From Mytilus trossulus (taxonomy: Eukaryota): DNA of 64,000 nucleotides. Every line of letters starts with the position of its first letter. Positions within the stretch are counted from its first letter, which is position 1. The DNA lies in the NCBI RefSeq assembly GCF_036588685.1, contig NC_086378.1:57598001-57662000 (forward strand), read 5' to 3'. Below the pieces are notes generated by a model. The model saw nothing but the letters and a program-made list of their open reading frames with translations, had not been told where the DNA came from and ran no database searches. Shown here in pieces: positions 27,272 through 40,172 of the stretch. The position numbers and the translations under genes are program-made.

Positions 27272-27480
27272 CTAAGGTTGTGGTTGGGTCTTTACTGGAA
27301 CTCGACCAGGTAAATCAAGGTGTTGAACACTTGGTTTGAATTTATTGCCGTATCCGTAACCATGTTTAGTGCCTTTTATCAAAGATATCAGATCTTTCAA
27401 ATCGTTCTTCTGATTTCTGTTCACAGGATAATCTGATGGTATCATGATTGGCATCGGTACAGGAATCAGTATACGATTTC
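27272..27480 (-). CDS. Gene A last coding exon (Pro/Lys/Gly/Tyr-rich tail to TAG)
   Basis: ttttgtag acceptor; in frame with track ORF 27272..27454; AATAAA on the minus strand at 27114-27119. Confidence 0.8.
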
Positions 27481-30400
27481 CTACAAAAGATTAGTAAACG
27501 AAAGTTATAATCTTAACAATGGCTATCTATATACTCCTTGCATCTGTTTTGTCATATAAGCTCATATGAATAAATATCCAGGTTGAACAAGACATTTCAA
27601 AAAAAATCTTACTCACAAGAAACGAAAGAAAAAATTCGACTGACTTTTGTTACAGTAAAAAATGTACAATTTATATCATTCATCTAAATCACGTGAATTG
27701 GCCCTTTTTATCGAAAAAAATCATTCCGATACTGGAACCTAACATTGTTTTCAAACACCAATAATGAAATGTTTTGTAAAAATCTCAATCTTTTGAATGC
27801 TTTTCCCAACTGTTTTTTTTTACTTAAAAATTGCTTGATTTTACAATCATTTGAGAAGTCTTTTTTTTTTATTATGAACAAAATGTGGTGCACACTGAAT
27901 AAGCAACAACGTGTTATCTTAAAGTTTGTGCAACATTTTTTTTTATGTTATTTCAAAAATTAAAAAACGGTAAATAAACCTTTTCAGACAACTTTGTGAA
28001 CGAAAGTGAAATATTTGTTGATGATTCCATACATAATTACATACCAAGATATAAGAAAAGATACTCAATTACTTGTCTTTAAAAATATGAAATACAACAT
28101 TTAAAACATTAATATTTCTACCTCCATAATGATGATTGCCATGTCCACCATTATTATCAGGAAAAGCGACTGCAAAATACAAACAAGAAAATGTTTAACC
28201 TTATATACATTATTATCAATAATGAAATACAGACTTGTTGGAATGCTTGAAAGATGTATTCAACATACGACACATAGACAAAACCATAGCTATGTGTAAA
28301 GTTTGTACATAAAGTATCGAAACCATATGTAAAGCTCAGAATATACCAGAGTGAAGTCAGGAAGTAATACCAAATTCATTTACGGATAAACAAGATATAA
28401 ACAATGACATACAACGAGAGGCTGGATTAATTCAGGCTATCTCCAAGACAATTTCTACGAATTATCTCTTGTTGCAATCACATACTGAACAAAAAAATTA
28501 TAAGAATTATAAAATATTTTTTTGCAGACCTTTGTGCTAATACTACACCTTGAAAGAGTATCGAAAGGTACCAAAAGGACAGTCAAAATCATAGATCGAA
28601 AATATACTGACGTCGCCATGGCTAACAAAAAGGCAAAAAGAAAATATTACTACAAAACAAAACACAACATAGAAAACTAACGGCTAAACGACACGAACCC
28701 CACCAAAAACTGGGAGTGGTCGCAGGTTCTCCGGAAGGCTAATCAAATCCTGCTCCCCATGTTGCATCGGTCGTGTTGCTCGTATATCAAAAACCCAGTA
28801 AGTAGTCTAATTCGGCAAGTCACATTCAGGAAAACAGGAAAAGGAAAGATGATTGTAATTATGACAAAAGGAACATATCCAATACCATCTGTGAAACGGT
28901 AATTTCACAACGGTCAACCAACTCGTGATAGCGTTCGTATAATTTACGCAGGGAAGACTTCAACTTAATGTTTATGGAACGCTCGGTTTAATAGCTTCCT
29001 TGTTAGCAGCAACACTCTATCGAGTAAATCATAACAGGAAATACGATCTTTAAATTGTGATTGATTCCAAAGAGGAAAACTACAATAGCCATGCATATTG
29101 GAACAAGTTATACAAGGTCCAATGAAAGAGGTTAATTCAAAGTTACTTCTAGGTCTCACAAAAATATAAACAATTGGCCTATATCATATATTAAACTAAC
29201 ATCATAGCACGCTTATCCCCGTTAAACTTATTTAAAATATAAATGTTCATTTCCACGACCGACACTCTGTTAATCGGGTTGGCTAAAGTCTGTTAAGAGT
29301 AAAACTCACAGTTAAATGTTAAACTCTGTTACATATACAGATTTTTTGGCATATTATGAGAATCACATAAAAAAAAGAAAAGTGTCTGACAAAATGATAT
29401 CTATCATAGAACATTTTCCACCATAAAAAAAAATGCATAGCCTGCACAATTTTAAGTAAAACGAAAAGGCGTCGCGCAAGTAAGTGTTTTTTATGCTTGT
29501 ACGCATAGCAATATTTTAGATAAAAGGCCAAAAAAACATTTTAAGATATGATTTAAAGGATACAAAGTAGTACTTTGGTGCTAAAAAATCAATTGTCATT
29601 GACAAATATTTCATAATTGTTATATAAGTTGAGTTATACCACTTTTTAATGAATATTAGGGGAATACAGTCTGTTAATGGGTTGGACAATTTAAATCGTG
29701 TCAGTTAAGAGTTAATTAGCCACGACAATAGTCTTACTACATTGAGTTTATATTTTCACATTAAAAAAATGAAATGTACTTGTGACGAAAAAATTGCAAT
29801 ACGGTGCAACAGTATCCTTATAGAAAGAGCACTTTTATTTTTATTTTTTTCATTGAAAGGGTGTGTCACTTCAAATTAGCGTTATATGGACTCATTGGCC
29901 GCTCGAATTCGCATGAATTTATTATTTACGCCAAGTTATCAATCAGCCTTTTTTTTTTGTCTGTTCAAAGTCTGTAACATCTATGAATCTGCCATGTGTT
30001 GCAATGCAGCTGGTTCAATTCCATGCGTTTTCTTTGGAATACTAAGGCTTTTCTACCTCAGGAATAAATTACCTTATGTCGGCGTCACACATTGGTGGAT
30101 ACACCGACGTGCACCAAACGTACAGAGAAAACTGACAAAGTCGGTATACGTTAGTTGCACGCCATAGGAACGCTTAGCAATCGTTCAAAGCGCGTTGCAT
30201 CAGTTTGAAGTACGTCGAAATACAAAGGTAAAATTGAGAAAGGAAATGGGGAATGTGTCGAAGCGACAACAACCCGACCATAGAACAGGCAACAGACAAA
30301 GGCCACTTATGGGTCTTCAATGTAGAGAGAAACTCCCGCACCCGCAGGCGTCCTTAAGCTGGCCCCTTAAAATATACAATGTTTGTATACTAGTACAGTG

Positions 30401-33400
30401 ATAATGGACGTCATAATAAACTCCGAATTATACACACACAAAAACTAAAATTAAAAATCTTATTAGACTAACAAAGGGCTCCTGACTTGGGACAGGCGGA
30501 AAATTGCGGAGGGGATAAACATGTTTATGAGATATCAACCCTCCCCCTATACCTCTAGCCACTGAAGGAAAGTTTATACGCTTGATGAACGCTACAACCC
30601 GAGGAAATTTTTATGCAGCATGACAAAAACATACAACATACGCCAACATACGTTTCTTGAACGCCGTATACACGCTTAGCCTTAGGTACGCTTCTAGTTC
30701 GCCCAATACACGCTTAAAGCATATTGGCAGCGTAAATGATTTTTAACACGCAGGAGCTATACGCTTATGTGTGACGCCGGTATTAGTTGTATTTTCTTGA
30801 ACAGGAAATGCTTTTCAACTTTGTTTTTGGTCTTTTAAACATTTTTTTCGAGCGTTACTGATGAGTTTTTCGTAGACGAAATGCGTGTCTGGCGTAAATA
30901 TAAGGCGCAAATATCAAATTTCAATCCTTGTATCTATGAGGAGTTTATTTCCGGTATGTATTTTTGTTTGTACCGAGTCATCATTCACATTTTTTGCTGC
31001 CTAAAGAAATGTCTATACCAAGTTCTAAACCGTGGTTCTAAACAAAAAATAGACATTAGTAAGTTTTTTTTTATATTAGTGTTGGGTGCTGATTTAATGT
31101 ATAACAACAAGCCAATTCTATATTCCTGTAAATCACAATAAATGCATAATATTAATTTTATTTTTCGAGTTGTGATGTTTTCTTATAATGTCGTAAGTCA
31201 TTTAGCCGACTCGCAGTCCGCAAACGTGTTTGTTTTTCTATCGAGTGACCTTCAAGGTGGTTTAGAGAAAGGTTGATGTTGAAAAGTTTGTCTATATTAA
31301 AATTTTGTTTGCATTATAAACATATTTCAGTTCATTTGATATTTTAAAAAAATCAAAACATTACTAAGTATATCTCTGATTAATGTACTTGTTAACTATG
31401 TAAATGACAAATTGGGGCCATTCATATCAATGAAACAGAATCCACATGATATATGCGACCATTCTTTGATGTAATTAATATTACTTTGATTTTACACTTT
31501 TTAAAATCATTTCTTTCAATTTTCAGATTCCATTGTCTAAACTTATGTTTCATTGTTCATGTGTTGTTTCCATTTATTCTAGCCACTAATCTTGAGCCTA
31601 TCTCTTTATTCAGATAACACCCCATATAGCAATTAAATTATACTTGTAATGTCCTTCATAACTCTTAACAGACCATTTAACAGACCGAGTTTTATACATC
31701 CGACCCATTAACAGACCATATATTTTTCAAAAATTGATTTATGTCATCAAAATACTGTTTTTCGTGTAGATTTTTCATATATTGATGTTAATATGGTAAA
31801 CAAACATAATGCCAGTCTTTTTTCGATGTTCAAAAGATTGCATGCAAGTAAACCCAACCAACTTGTCATTTTTGTGTACATTTTGTGTGTGTAAAATGTG
31901 TATAAATTTACAGATGAGTAACTCGCCTTTTCGTTTTATAGATCGTTTATTGAAGCTAGAAAAAAAATAATTACACCACTGAATTCAGTACTCCAAATCA
32001 TTTTGTCAGACATGAATAGTTTTTATGATATAAATATAATTAAAAAGTTATACAATGACACATGCTGACCTTGCACTGATTTTCACGATAGCACCTGATT
32101 AACAGACTTTAGCCAACCCGATTAACAGACCCACCGCCGATATAGCCGCATACTCAATATAGATTAACCGACCCATCTCTCGGTTAGCCGAGTGTCGGCC
32201 GTGATTTCTGTATTATACATCTATTAACATAATAATATGGCTTTTTGGGTTTATGTATTTTAATGTTATAGTTTTTTATTCCTGTTATTTGTAGTACATA
32301 TTGTTAATTTTGGTGCATTCTTGTAATCTTACTACTAGATGTACTTGGTTGATGGATAAAAATAATTTCAACTAATATTCTAGAAGTTATACCTCCAAAC
32401 TGATAGTAGAAAATATGGGCAATCTTTCAGTCTATAAAATCATAATTTATACCGTCTATGTCTTATCACAGCAGCATTTAAAACATTGCAAATAATAATG
32501 TCAAAAATAAGCAGTATCTATATGATGTGAATTCGTATGAATGATTTGAATTCGTATGAATGACTTGAATTCGTATGATAAAAATAAATCCACTAATATA
32601 GGGAAATTAGAATAAATAAGTTAGCATTTGTATGACTTAAAATTACTAGTATATAAACATTGTTCTAACATAAATGGGCATTGACGTCTGTTTGCTTAGA
32701 TCAAGGGAAAATAATCTTTCGCCAGATTTTCTTTGAACTTTTGCTTTAAATATTAGCCCCTAGACTTTAAGCAACCAACAATTAACAACTATATCTCTTA
32801 ATTACATAATGTCTTGTTAAGCTCAAAAGATTAGTAAGATTCCTCAATTCCTCCAAAAAGTACTACAACCAGAAAAGACTGGAAAGAGATGACACTTTTA
32901 ATCACATTGTTGTATATGTAGAAGGAAATACACAACAATGTTTTTATAATTTCGCATTTATGAAGCATAAAAGCGATGTTTTAATACCCAACACTAGTCC
33001 TCATCAACATCATGCTTACATAATGCTTAAAGGTGTTGTTTGACTCTTGATGAGTTTTTCAAGTTCAACTGATTAAGTTTTTACCTGTGATGTGTGTATC
33101 ATGCGTTAAACTGATTGGAAATATTGAAAGATACATTTTTCAAGACGTAGAGTACCAAAAGCTCATATAATAGTGGACCAACTGGGAGGTGCTTTTTTTC
33201 TCAAAATCTTCAAGGTTTTGTTAAATGAAAATGTTGTCAAAGGTATCAATACTCTCAAGGTAGACAACTGTTTAAATTGAGTATAGATACTTTGACAGAA
33301 GAAAAGTTTCACAGGGTTATTAATATTCTGGAGGTTAAAAAATTGCTTCATAATACTACTCAAATAAACGAAGGGAACCTATCTTAGACACAAACTGAAG

Positions 33401-36400
33401 GATTTTTTGTATTTGAGTATCGCAATTTTCCTATTTAAAACGGAAAAATACTGGTGCTGCTAATTAGTGCTTACTTATCTGAAGAATTTTCCTGATATTG
33501 AAAGTAGTCTACACAAGTTTGAAAAAGCTACTGTGACAATTCACAATCATGGAATGGATAATATCAAAAATGGACCGAAATGGGAAATATTTATTTTACC
33601 TACAAACGTTAAGCTCTATGGAGCAAGAAAACTTTGATTGAAATAACATCGGAAACTTTGAAACAATTTACCCTTGAATGAAGAACTGCATGATTTGAAA
33701 ATAATAAGATGTGGAAAACGCTTTGGCAATTCCACACCTTCGCATTACTCATTTCTGAAATATCATTATGCTAAAGATTTTTTTTACCCCAGCATGCCCA
33801 GGCATAGATTACTTCAACTGTATTTTGCACAACTAATTGGAATTTGGGGCATTTACTGCCTTTTAACTTAGGATTGTTTTACCTTCCTAACTGTTAGGAT
33901 CTGAGCATCACTGACGAGTCTTATGTAGACAAAACGCGTGTCTCGCATATCAAATTATAAGCCTGATACTTTTGAAAACTAATAAAAGAATCAGTAAAAA
34001 ATATGATTTTCTACTTCAGAAAACGCAATAAAGATCCTGGTCATAGTACACTCCTTAATATTATTTTTTCTCGTTAGATTTATGAGGTCTTATTCGAATG
34101 AGGAATTGTTACTTACCACATGCCGAATTACTGCAGGCAGCCTGCACAAGTCCTTCAACAAGTGTATTCAACTCATTAAACATATCGACACTAAACACGT
34201 TAGCTTGGCCTCCCGCTATTTTCTCCAACTGGTCACTGTTAGCTTTTCCAATTGAAACAACGTAGACAATGCAATTTTTATCTTGTCTTAGTTTATTAGC
34301 TTGTTTTATAGGATCAGCCGTTCCTGTATTCTGTTCACCATCTGTTATAACAATAACAAAGCATTGAGCACAAGGCCTGCCTATACCTTTCTCTTGGGTC
34401 AGAAAACTGGTACGTACTTCCTAAAATGTTAAAGAAATAAGAATTAATGCATGACTGTTAATGTATGAATTTTATTAAGATATGCAACAAACAAATATTC
34501 TGCATGCAAACCATAAATCGCCGATTATATTCGGGTAATTAATAATTTTTAAAATAGTTTTTAAGGTATTGGTACAGTTCGGAATAGCTGCAGTTTCAAA
34601 CGAAAGAAATAAAACAACAATCAATATACATTCTAGGAAAGATTATAAAAACATGAAAGAGAATTATAATTAAGAACGTATTTAATGGCACATTATTAGT
34701 CGAATCTATATAATTGATTTTCATTAATATTTCAAATTTATACTTTTAAAGCATCCCCGATAGCTGTTAGGCTATTTGGAGCAGTTGAGAACGCCTCAAT
34801 GTCATCTTTAGTTGCCTGTTTTGGATCAGCGTCGTTGTTATTATCATTCAAGTAGAAATGTGGTTTTGGATTCACCGAAAAGCACAGTGCTGCAAATTGG
34901 GTACCGGTAGCTCCTACTGGGTTGAACTCATCCACAATATTTATCATAAATTCTTTCATAGCGTCAAAATTCGCTTGATTATTTGATGAACCAATACTTC
35001 CACTGGTATCGTATACAAAAATGATGTCTGCAACTGCATTACATGTGGGATCTTCAATTATAAATATATCAAATAAGTTCTATATTGTTTAGTTGATTTT
35101 ATTTCATACACAAACTTTAAGTAGATATATAGTTCTTATTCTCTCATTATACAAAAAAGGTAGGATATTTTCATATGATTTTTTTCAGTTTCAAAGCAGA
35201 CAAATTATCACAAAATATATTCCTGCTAACAATATCAAAATATTTCTTTACAATTCTTTAAAGTTATAACCAAATAGCTCAGTGTTACTATGAAAATAAA
35301 TTGAAAAACAATTTATGTTTTTAGGAGAGAACAGCTGTAAATCTGCTGGATCTCTTTGTTCAAAGTTGTCTTTGAATTTTCGAAAAAGTATCGAATTAAC
35401 AAAAGTTTGCTTTCGTAGTTGGTGTTTTTGGTAGCTAACAATATGCGATCAAAACAAAAAAGGGTATCAAAGTAATTTGTTTTGATAAACACTGGACAAA
35501 TGAAATATAACTACAACATATCTACCTAAGTCCTTCCCTTATTTCTATTTTTGTTTACAATATTTGTTTTTTTAAAACACTTTTTTGGTGGATTATGTTA
35601 TTTTGCTTTGACGTTACTAAAAGTAAAAATAATTATTAAGCTCACATTGAAATTTAAAATTTAATTGAAATCTGATATTACCTGTTTTCTTCGGTTTGTA
35701 ATAGTAATGTGCATCTACTGCAGCAAGTAAAACCAATACCTATAATATTAGTAAACTATAAAATATGTGATATGATTGCTCATGAGACAACTCTGCACCA
35801 GAAAGGTTTTCGACGAGTGAAAATAATTGAATTATACTCAAGAACACAAACAACGCTCAAGTGTCATTTCATGCATTGATGTTTCATATTTTCTTGAACT
35901 TTGAAACACATTTCAAAACACTAGGATAGTTAATGCATATCATCGAATCTACTTTTTTTTCTTCTTTTTTTTTACAGTTGAACGATTTTTTCGTGGCCAA
36001 AACAAATATTTCATTTAAAAAAATAAAAAAATCATCATTTAGACATTTGTCGTCTATAAGATAAGTAAAATACAATTTCATTTCTATTTGCTGCAATCGG
36101 TAAGTTTGAGTCTTCTACTGTTAGTATTTTTAAATGGTAAAATAAAATAAAATACATTGCTTTATTTCGGTTGCATTAGTGATATGTTTCAGGTAGAGCA
36201 AAGCAAAACAGAAAATGAATACATAAGATATGGGCCATCAAGGAGTTTAAAAAACATAAGACTGGTTGGCTTGGCTTCAGTATAATGTGTCAGAGTAGGG
36301 TGACATGTGGCTATCATATATACTTTATGACTATATGCATGATTAAAATCTGGAGTGCCGATCTACTAAAACAAAGCAGGGATTATACTCATATTGCACT

Positions 36401-38385
36401 GATGTGCTCTTCATGAATATGAACGAATCATAAGGAGGCTTGCGGGTATGAGATTTTAGGAAAAAAATAAATATTTATTTTTCATTACAAATTTTATTAA
36501 TTACATTAGTTTGTTGTTACTTTATTATATAATAGAATCCAAACAAAATAATCATGTTGGCCCCAGGTGACTTTTGAAATAAAGTTATTATTGAAAAGGC
36601 TTCAAATTAACTCCCTTTGGTGCAAAAATGCCATTTTTTGGCATTAAAATTGAAATATCTTTTTTAACTCATCGGTGACCTAAATTTTTTATTGTTGTTC
36701 TCGAATAAGCTGTACATAAACTAAATAATTGTAACATTTAAGCGAATCCTGTAATTTAGTGTTTTTTTTATTTCGATATTACCGTAATTTCTCCTATTAA
36801 TTCAACTGAAAAAAGGACATTAACAAAAATGTATGCTTTTTTCGAAGGCAGGTTGTAAGCGTAAATGAACGGGACCCCATTTTTTTATTTAATTGTTCTA
36901 TTAAGTATAAGATAAAGTTCATTTATGGAAAAATACAGCGAAATCCTACATTAAATAATAAAAATGATTTAGACCCGCGAGACCCGTTAAAAATCATCCA
37001 TTTACTTATCCCAAAGTCAAATATAAGCTAAAATATGGCTAAATACATTAATTTTGACATACTTTGGCAAACTTATTCTCTTGCAAGGGAATAATTCAAC
37101 CTCAATGAATCTGTTTTCATGAGACTTTCAATTTAAATTGTATATGTATATTTGTTAATAAAATTGAGAACGGAAATGTGGAATGCGTCAAAGAGACAAA
37201 AAAAACCGACAAAAGAGCATAAAACCATTAATTGTTCCTCAATAAAGCGATAAAATCCCGCATCTGGAGGCGGCCTTCAGCTGCCCTCTAAACAAGATCA
37301 TGTACTAGTTCAGTTAAAAACAGAAATATACCAAAGAAACTAAAATTAAAAAGCATACAAGACTAACATGGGCCAGAGGCTCGTTATTTGGGATAGGTCT
37401 AAAACACGTTTTTGTTGAAGATCTCAACCCTTCAACCTTTACCTCTAACCAATGTAGAAAATGAAACACTTTTAGCTTTAAAAAAATATCAACATTGAAA
37501 GTGAAACAACGAAAAACACCATTAGTTGACTGATTCGATCCGCTAGAAAGTTTTGATATGGGGTTATATTCATCTAACCGTCGGTAGGTTACTGAGGGCA
37601 TGTCGGTGGTAAATTAGACTACGATTAGACAAACGAAAAATTGATACATATTATCGTCGCCATATATTGATAATTGTTCATTTCATACGTTTTTTTTTAT
37701 TTGGGTATACTTAATATGAAAATTTTAATCAAAGTCGGTGAACATCAATTTGACACTAATGCCCGTTTAACTTGAATTCAAAATTGTACTGGAAATAATA
37801 TTTTGACTTTTAAAAACAAATAATTTCATTTATTAAATGATGTCTTTCGGAGACAAATTTTGCAATAAATTTACATTTAAAACAATGACCCTCAAAGTAT
37901 TTTGTAACGCTGGATAATTTTTCATTCTATGGAAATACGAAAAGTTGTCCACACTTGATATCTTTTGAATCACATTCAGTTTGAATAAAACATCTACTAT
38001 TGACCCTTTGAATGAAAAAAAACAATACCTATTTCCTTATATGCATATAGCAGCTAATTAAAATTCCGTACGCGTTAGTTTTCGCGGCAAATATAAAGAT
38101 GTTTTAATAATGGAAAGACAACTACCACAGACAAAATAACTACATAAAAACTAACACACACAACTAAAGATTGATGAACGAATACCGAATGTAAGAAAAA
38201 TCAACATTCCTACTAAGATAAGTAAACAATAACAATAAAATGAGAGATCAAACTTTGAAATTTATACGATGTTTTTTGTGACACAGACACAGTGTAATCA
38301 TGTAACGCATACAACAGCACATACATATTCATGAAACATGTGTATTTAGATTAAGACTTACCGTTATAACATTTTTGAAGAACAT
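27272..38385 (-). CDS. Gene A: secreted von Willebrand factor A (VWA) domain protein, 316 aa, 6 coding exons
   Basis: Coding exons 38385-38362, 35739-35682, 35051-34744, 34420-34117, 28169-28122, 27480-27272. All introns are GT-AG with compatible phases (0,1,0,1,1) and the exons total 951 nt. Protein: signal peptide MFFKNVITVLVLLAAVDA, then HYYYKPKKT, then a VWA domain (ADIIFVYDTSGSIG ... TAIGDAL ... VIVITDG, a complete MIDAS), then a G/H/Y/P/K-rich tail. Confidence 0.88.
28122..28169 (-). CDS. Gene A exon 6 (VAFPDNNGGHGNHHYG)
   Basis: 48 nt, phase 1-1, ttttgcag acceptor, gtaga donor. Confidence 0.75.
28563..29045 (-). mobile_element. Penelope-like 3' fragment in gene A intron 5
   Basis: ISCYDLLDRVLLLTRKLLN; antisense match to the 51887-52603 family. 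Confidence 0.7.
30077..30782. mobile_element. Harbinger-like MITE (TTA TSD) nested in a hammerhead repeat
   Basis: TTA|tgtcggcgtcacac...gtgtgacgccggta|TTA; splits the host repeat at attacctta/gttgtatt; contains a Penelope 3' fragment at about 30229-30575. Confidence 0.72.
30852..30895 (+). ncRNA. Minimal type I hammerhead ribozyme motif (best-preserved copy)
   Basis: gcgtta CTGATGA gttt-ttcgt-agac GAAA t gcgt GTC tggcgt; helices I and II pair with G-U wobbles; predicted cleavage after C30889. Confidence 0.65.
33775..33980 (+). repeat. Degenerate hammerhead repeat copy
   Basis: gcatca CTGACGA gtcttatgtagac AAAAC gcgt GTC; GAAA mutated. Confidence 0.65.
34117..34420 (-). CDS. Gene A exon 5 (VWA C-terminal half, VITDG)
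   Basis: 304 nt open frame EVRTSFLTQEKGIGRPCAQCFVIVITDGEQN...AACSNSAC; ttttag acceptor, gtaag donor. Confidence 0.92.
34744..35051 (-). CDS. Gene A exon 4 (VWA N-terminal half, DTSGS MIDAS)
   Basis: 308 nt open frame that includes track ORF 34738..34959; AG/GT flanks. Confidence 0.92.
35682..35739 (-). CDS. Gene A exon 3 (end of signal peptide plus HYYYKPKKT)
   Basis: 58 nt, AG/GT flanks, homologous to 746-803. Confidence 0.88.
36434..36986. mobile_element. Kolobok-like MITE in gene A intron 2
   Basis: ATAA|ggaggcttgcgggt...acccgcgagacccg|TTAA. Confidence 0.55.
37157..37465 (-). repeat. Penelope 3'-end fragment (aataaaattgagaa...gaatgtgtcaaagagac family)
   Basis: Similar to 9487-9810 and 30229-30575. 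Confidence 0.7.
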
Positions 38386-38393
38386 TTTGAGAT
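38362..38393 (-). CDS. Gene A exon 2 (32 nt; ATG at 38385; MFFKNVIT)
   Basis: ttttag acceptor, gtaag donor; same length as the paralog exon at 3124-3155. Confidence 0.8.
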
Positions 38394-39835
38394 CTAAAAA
38401 AGAAGAATAAAAAATTGCTAAAAGCACTACAGACACCGTCATCTTTACATAAAGTGACAGACGCTACCACAGGAATATACAATACGATAAGTTAAAGATA
38501 AACTGGTAAAGCTATGGCAAAAAAAAAGGAACATCTAGTAGCATAGAAAACAAAAGTTTCAGCAACACGCATTGTAGGGCTTATTTGGTCCGGAAAATGC
38601 ACCAACAAATAGAACAATGCTGTCGTTATATACAAAATTTAATTCTATTTGGGGGTACTAAGTACTAGAAGAAACGATTTCCAAAAAGTGTGAATATAGA
38701 TCATCCTTAATAACACAATTTAACTGTGATGTCTTAAAATGATTTTATAAGCAAGATTTGTAAAAACAAGAATGAGCTTATTGTAAGCTAAAATAACAAA
38801 GTGCACAAGCAAGTCACAAAAAAATTATTTGCTATTGAAAAGATAGACACAAAATAGATTTACTGTTGCAATATCATTTTGTTTGAATGTTGTGTTCTTT
38901 GCTATGCCTTAAATGGCTACAATATATTAAAAGTGAAGAATTTCCAAATTTTCGCCGTTTTGCTGATTTTCTATCCTTTCATTGCTGTATTACTCATGAC
39001 AAATAAAAGCATATAACCATTACACGAGGATCTAGAGGAGGGTTGTCGCCATTTTTAATGCTTAAAATTTTCGGTCATTTTTTATCGTAAGTAAAGGTTT
39101 TCTATAATTATATGCTTTCTTTATTCGAAACATCGTTCATTTCGGTATAACATTATATCTTTATCTGGCCTCTGTATAAACCGGCAATTTATTGATAAGA
39201 ACAAAAAATAAATTTCAAATATTATGTCAGAAAATATCAAATATTTTGTATGAGGCTGCGAAACTGGGGAAGGGCGAGGTTCTACCGATCCCTTCCCCAA
39301 GTTTTGGAGCGAATACATAATAGTTTATATTTTGCTGACATTGACGTAATATTGTTTTATACTGCAACCTAGTTTAATACATTGGAAGCTATTTAAATTT
39401 TGAAACTAATCTCTAACTTATTTTCATCCTTTAAGAAACCACTGATGTGGAGAAACAGTGATTCATGATGAATTTAACATAGCACAAAATATAGCTGCGT
39501 TACGATATTTACAAAATAAACACAACTAGTTTGAATATACAAAGTTCCAGGAAATCACGAACGTATAATTCCTTAAATATTGAATCTAAAGAGACAATTT
39601 GAAAGCTTGCAAAACTCGAAGAAAAAAATCTAGTAAAGCATTATAATGAATTTACAGTTAATATTTGGGAAGTTTTTCGTTGTGTAAACATGCCCTGTTT
39701 TAAACATATAAAGATGAAGTTATTTCAACCGACTTGTTTGTCAGTGTTGGAACACATCGACATGATTTTACAGTTATTATTAACAGTTAGTATTTGTTAA
39801 TATTCAATGTATCGTAAATGGAAACAAATTCTTAC

Positions 39836-39930
39836 CCAACTTGTATGCCTGTGTTGATTGACTTGTCTAACTTCTTTCCAAAGGTATATGTGTTCTGTGT
39901 ATCGAACACCTTCTCACACTGTGGTAGATG
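39836..39930 (-). other. Gene A putative non-coding exon 1 (5' boundary approximate)
   Basis: gtaag donor at 39835-39831; TATA-like box about 25-30 nt upstream; shares ACACAGAACAC with paralog exon 1. Confidence 0.55.
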
Positions 39931-39954
39931 CAGTCCTTTGTGTTGATACAAGTG

Positions 39955-39981
39955 TTTATGTAGGTGCCTGTGTAACAGATG
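39955..39981 (-). promoter_or_regulatory. Gene A core promoter: CATCTGTTACAC followed by TACATAAA
   Basis: 12-mer identical to 6413-6424, at nearly the same spacing from a TATA-like box. Confidence 0.55.
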
Positions 39982-40172
39982 GCCACATTTGAAGCAGCTG
40001 ACCATGCTTGTTTGAAATACTATACCACGTAATTTGATTTTAACAAGTTTAGAAAAATTGATTTCGTGTCTAAAAAACATCGTTCTTAACTTTAAAATGT
40101 GTTCGCCCCTGACATAAATGTAAAATTAAATATATATATATGTTCAAAGTACACCCGACAAAAATCAAAAGC

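Larger units (their letters stand above)
29254..32203. mobile_element. Non-autonomous DNA transposon with CACG termini and 5-bp TSD (Transib/RAG-like or Chapaev group)
   Basis: ATTTC|CACGACCGACACTC...GAGTGTCGGCCGTG|ATTTC; patchy inverted similarity over about 450 bp; repeated tctgttaa subterminal motifs; no transposase seen. Confidence 0.8.

Noticed and set aside
32393-32423. Possible extra micro-exon in gene A intron 5
   Set aside because: The candidate lengths (7 or 31 nt) would break the phase 1-1 frame between exons 5 and 6.
39832-40080. His-rich 82-aa ORF as a coding first exon of gene A
   Set aside because: Spliced to exon 2 it is out of frame with the signal peptide and stops early in exon 4; its ATGs lie upstream of the TATA-like box.
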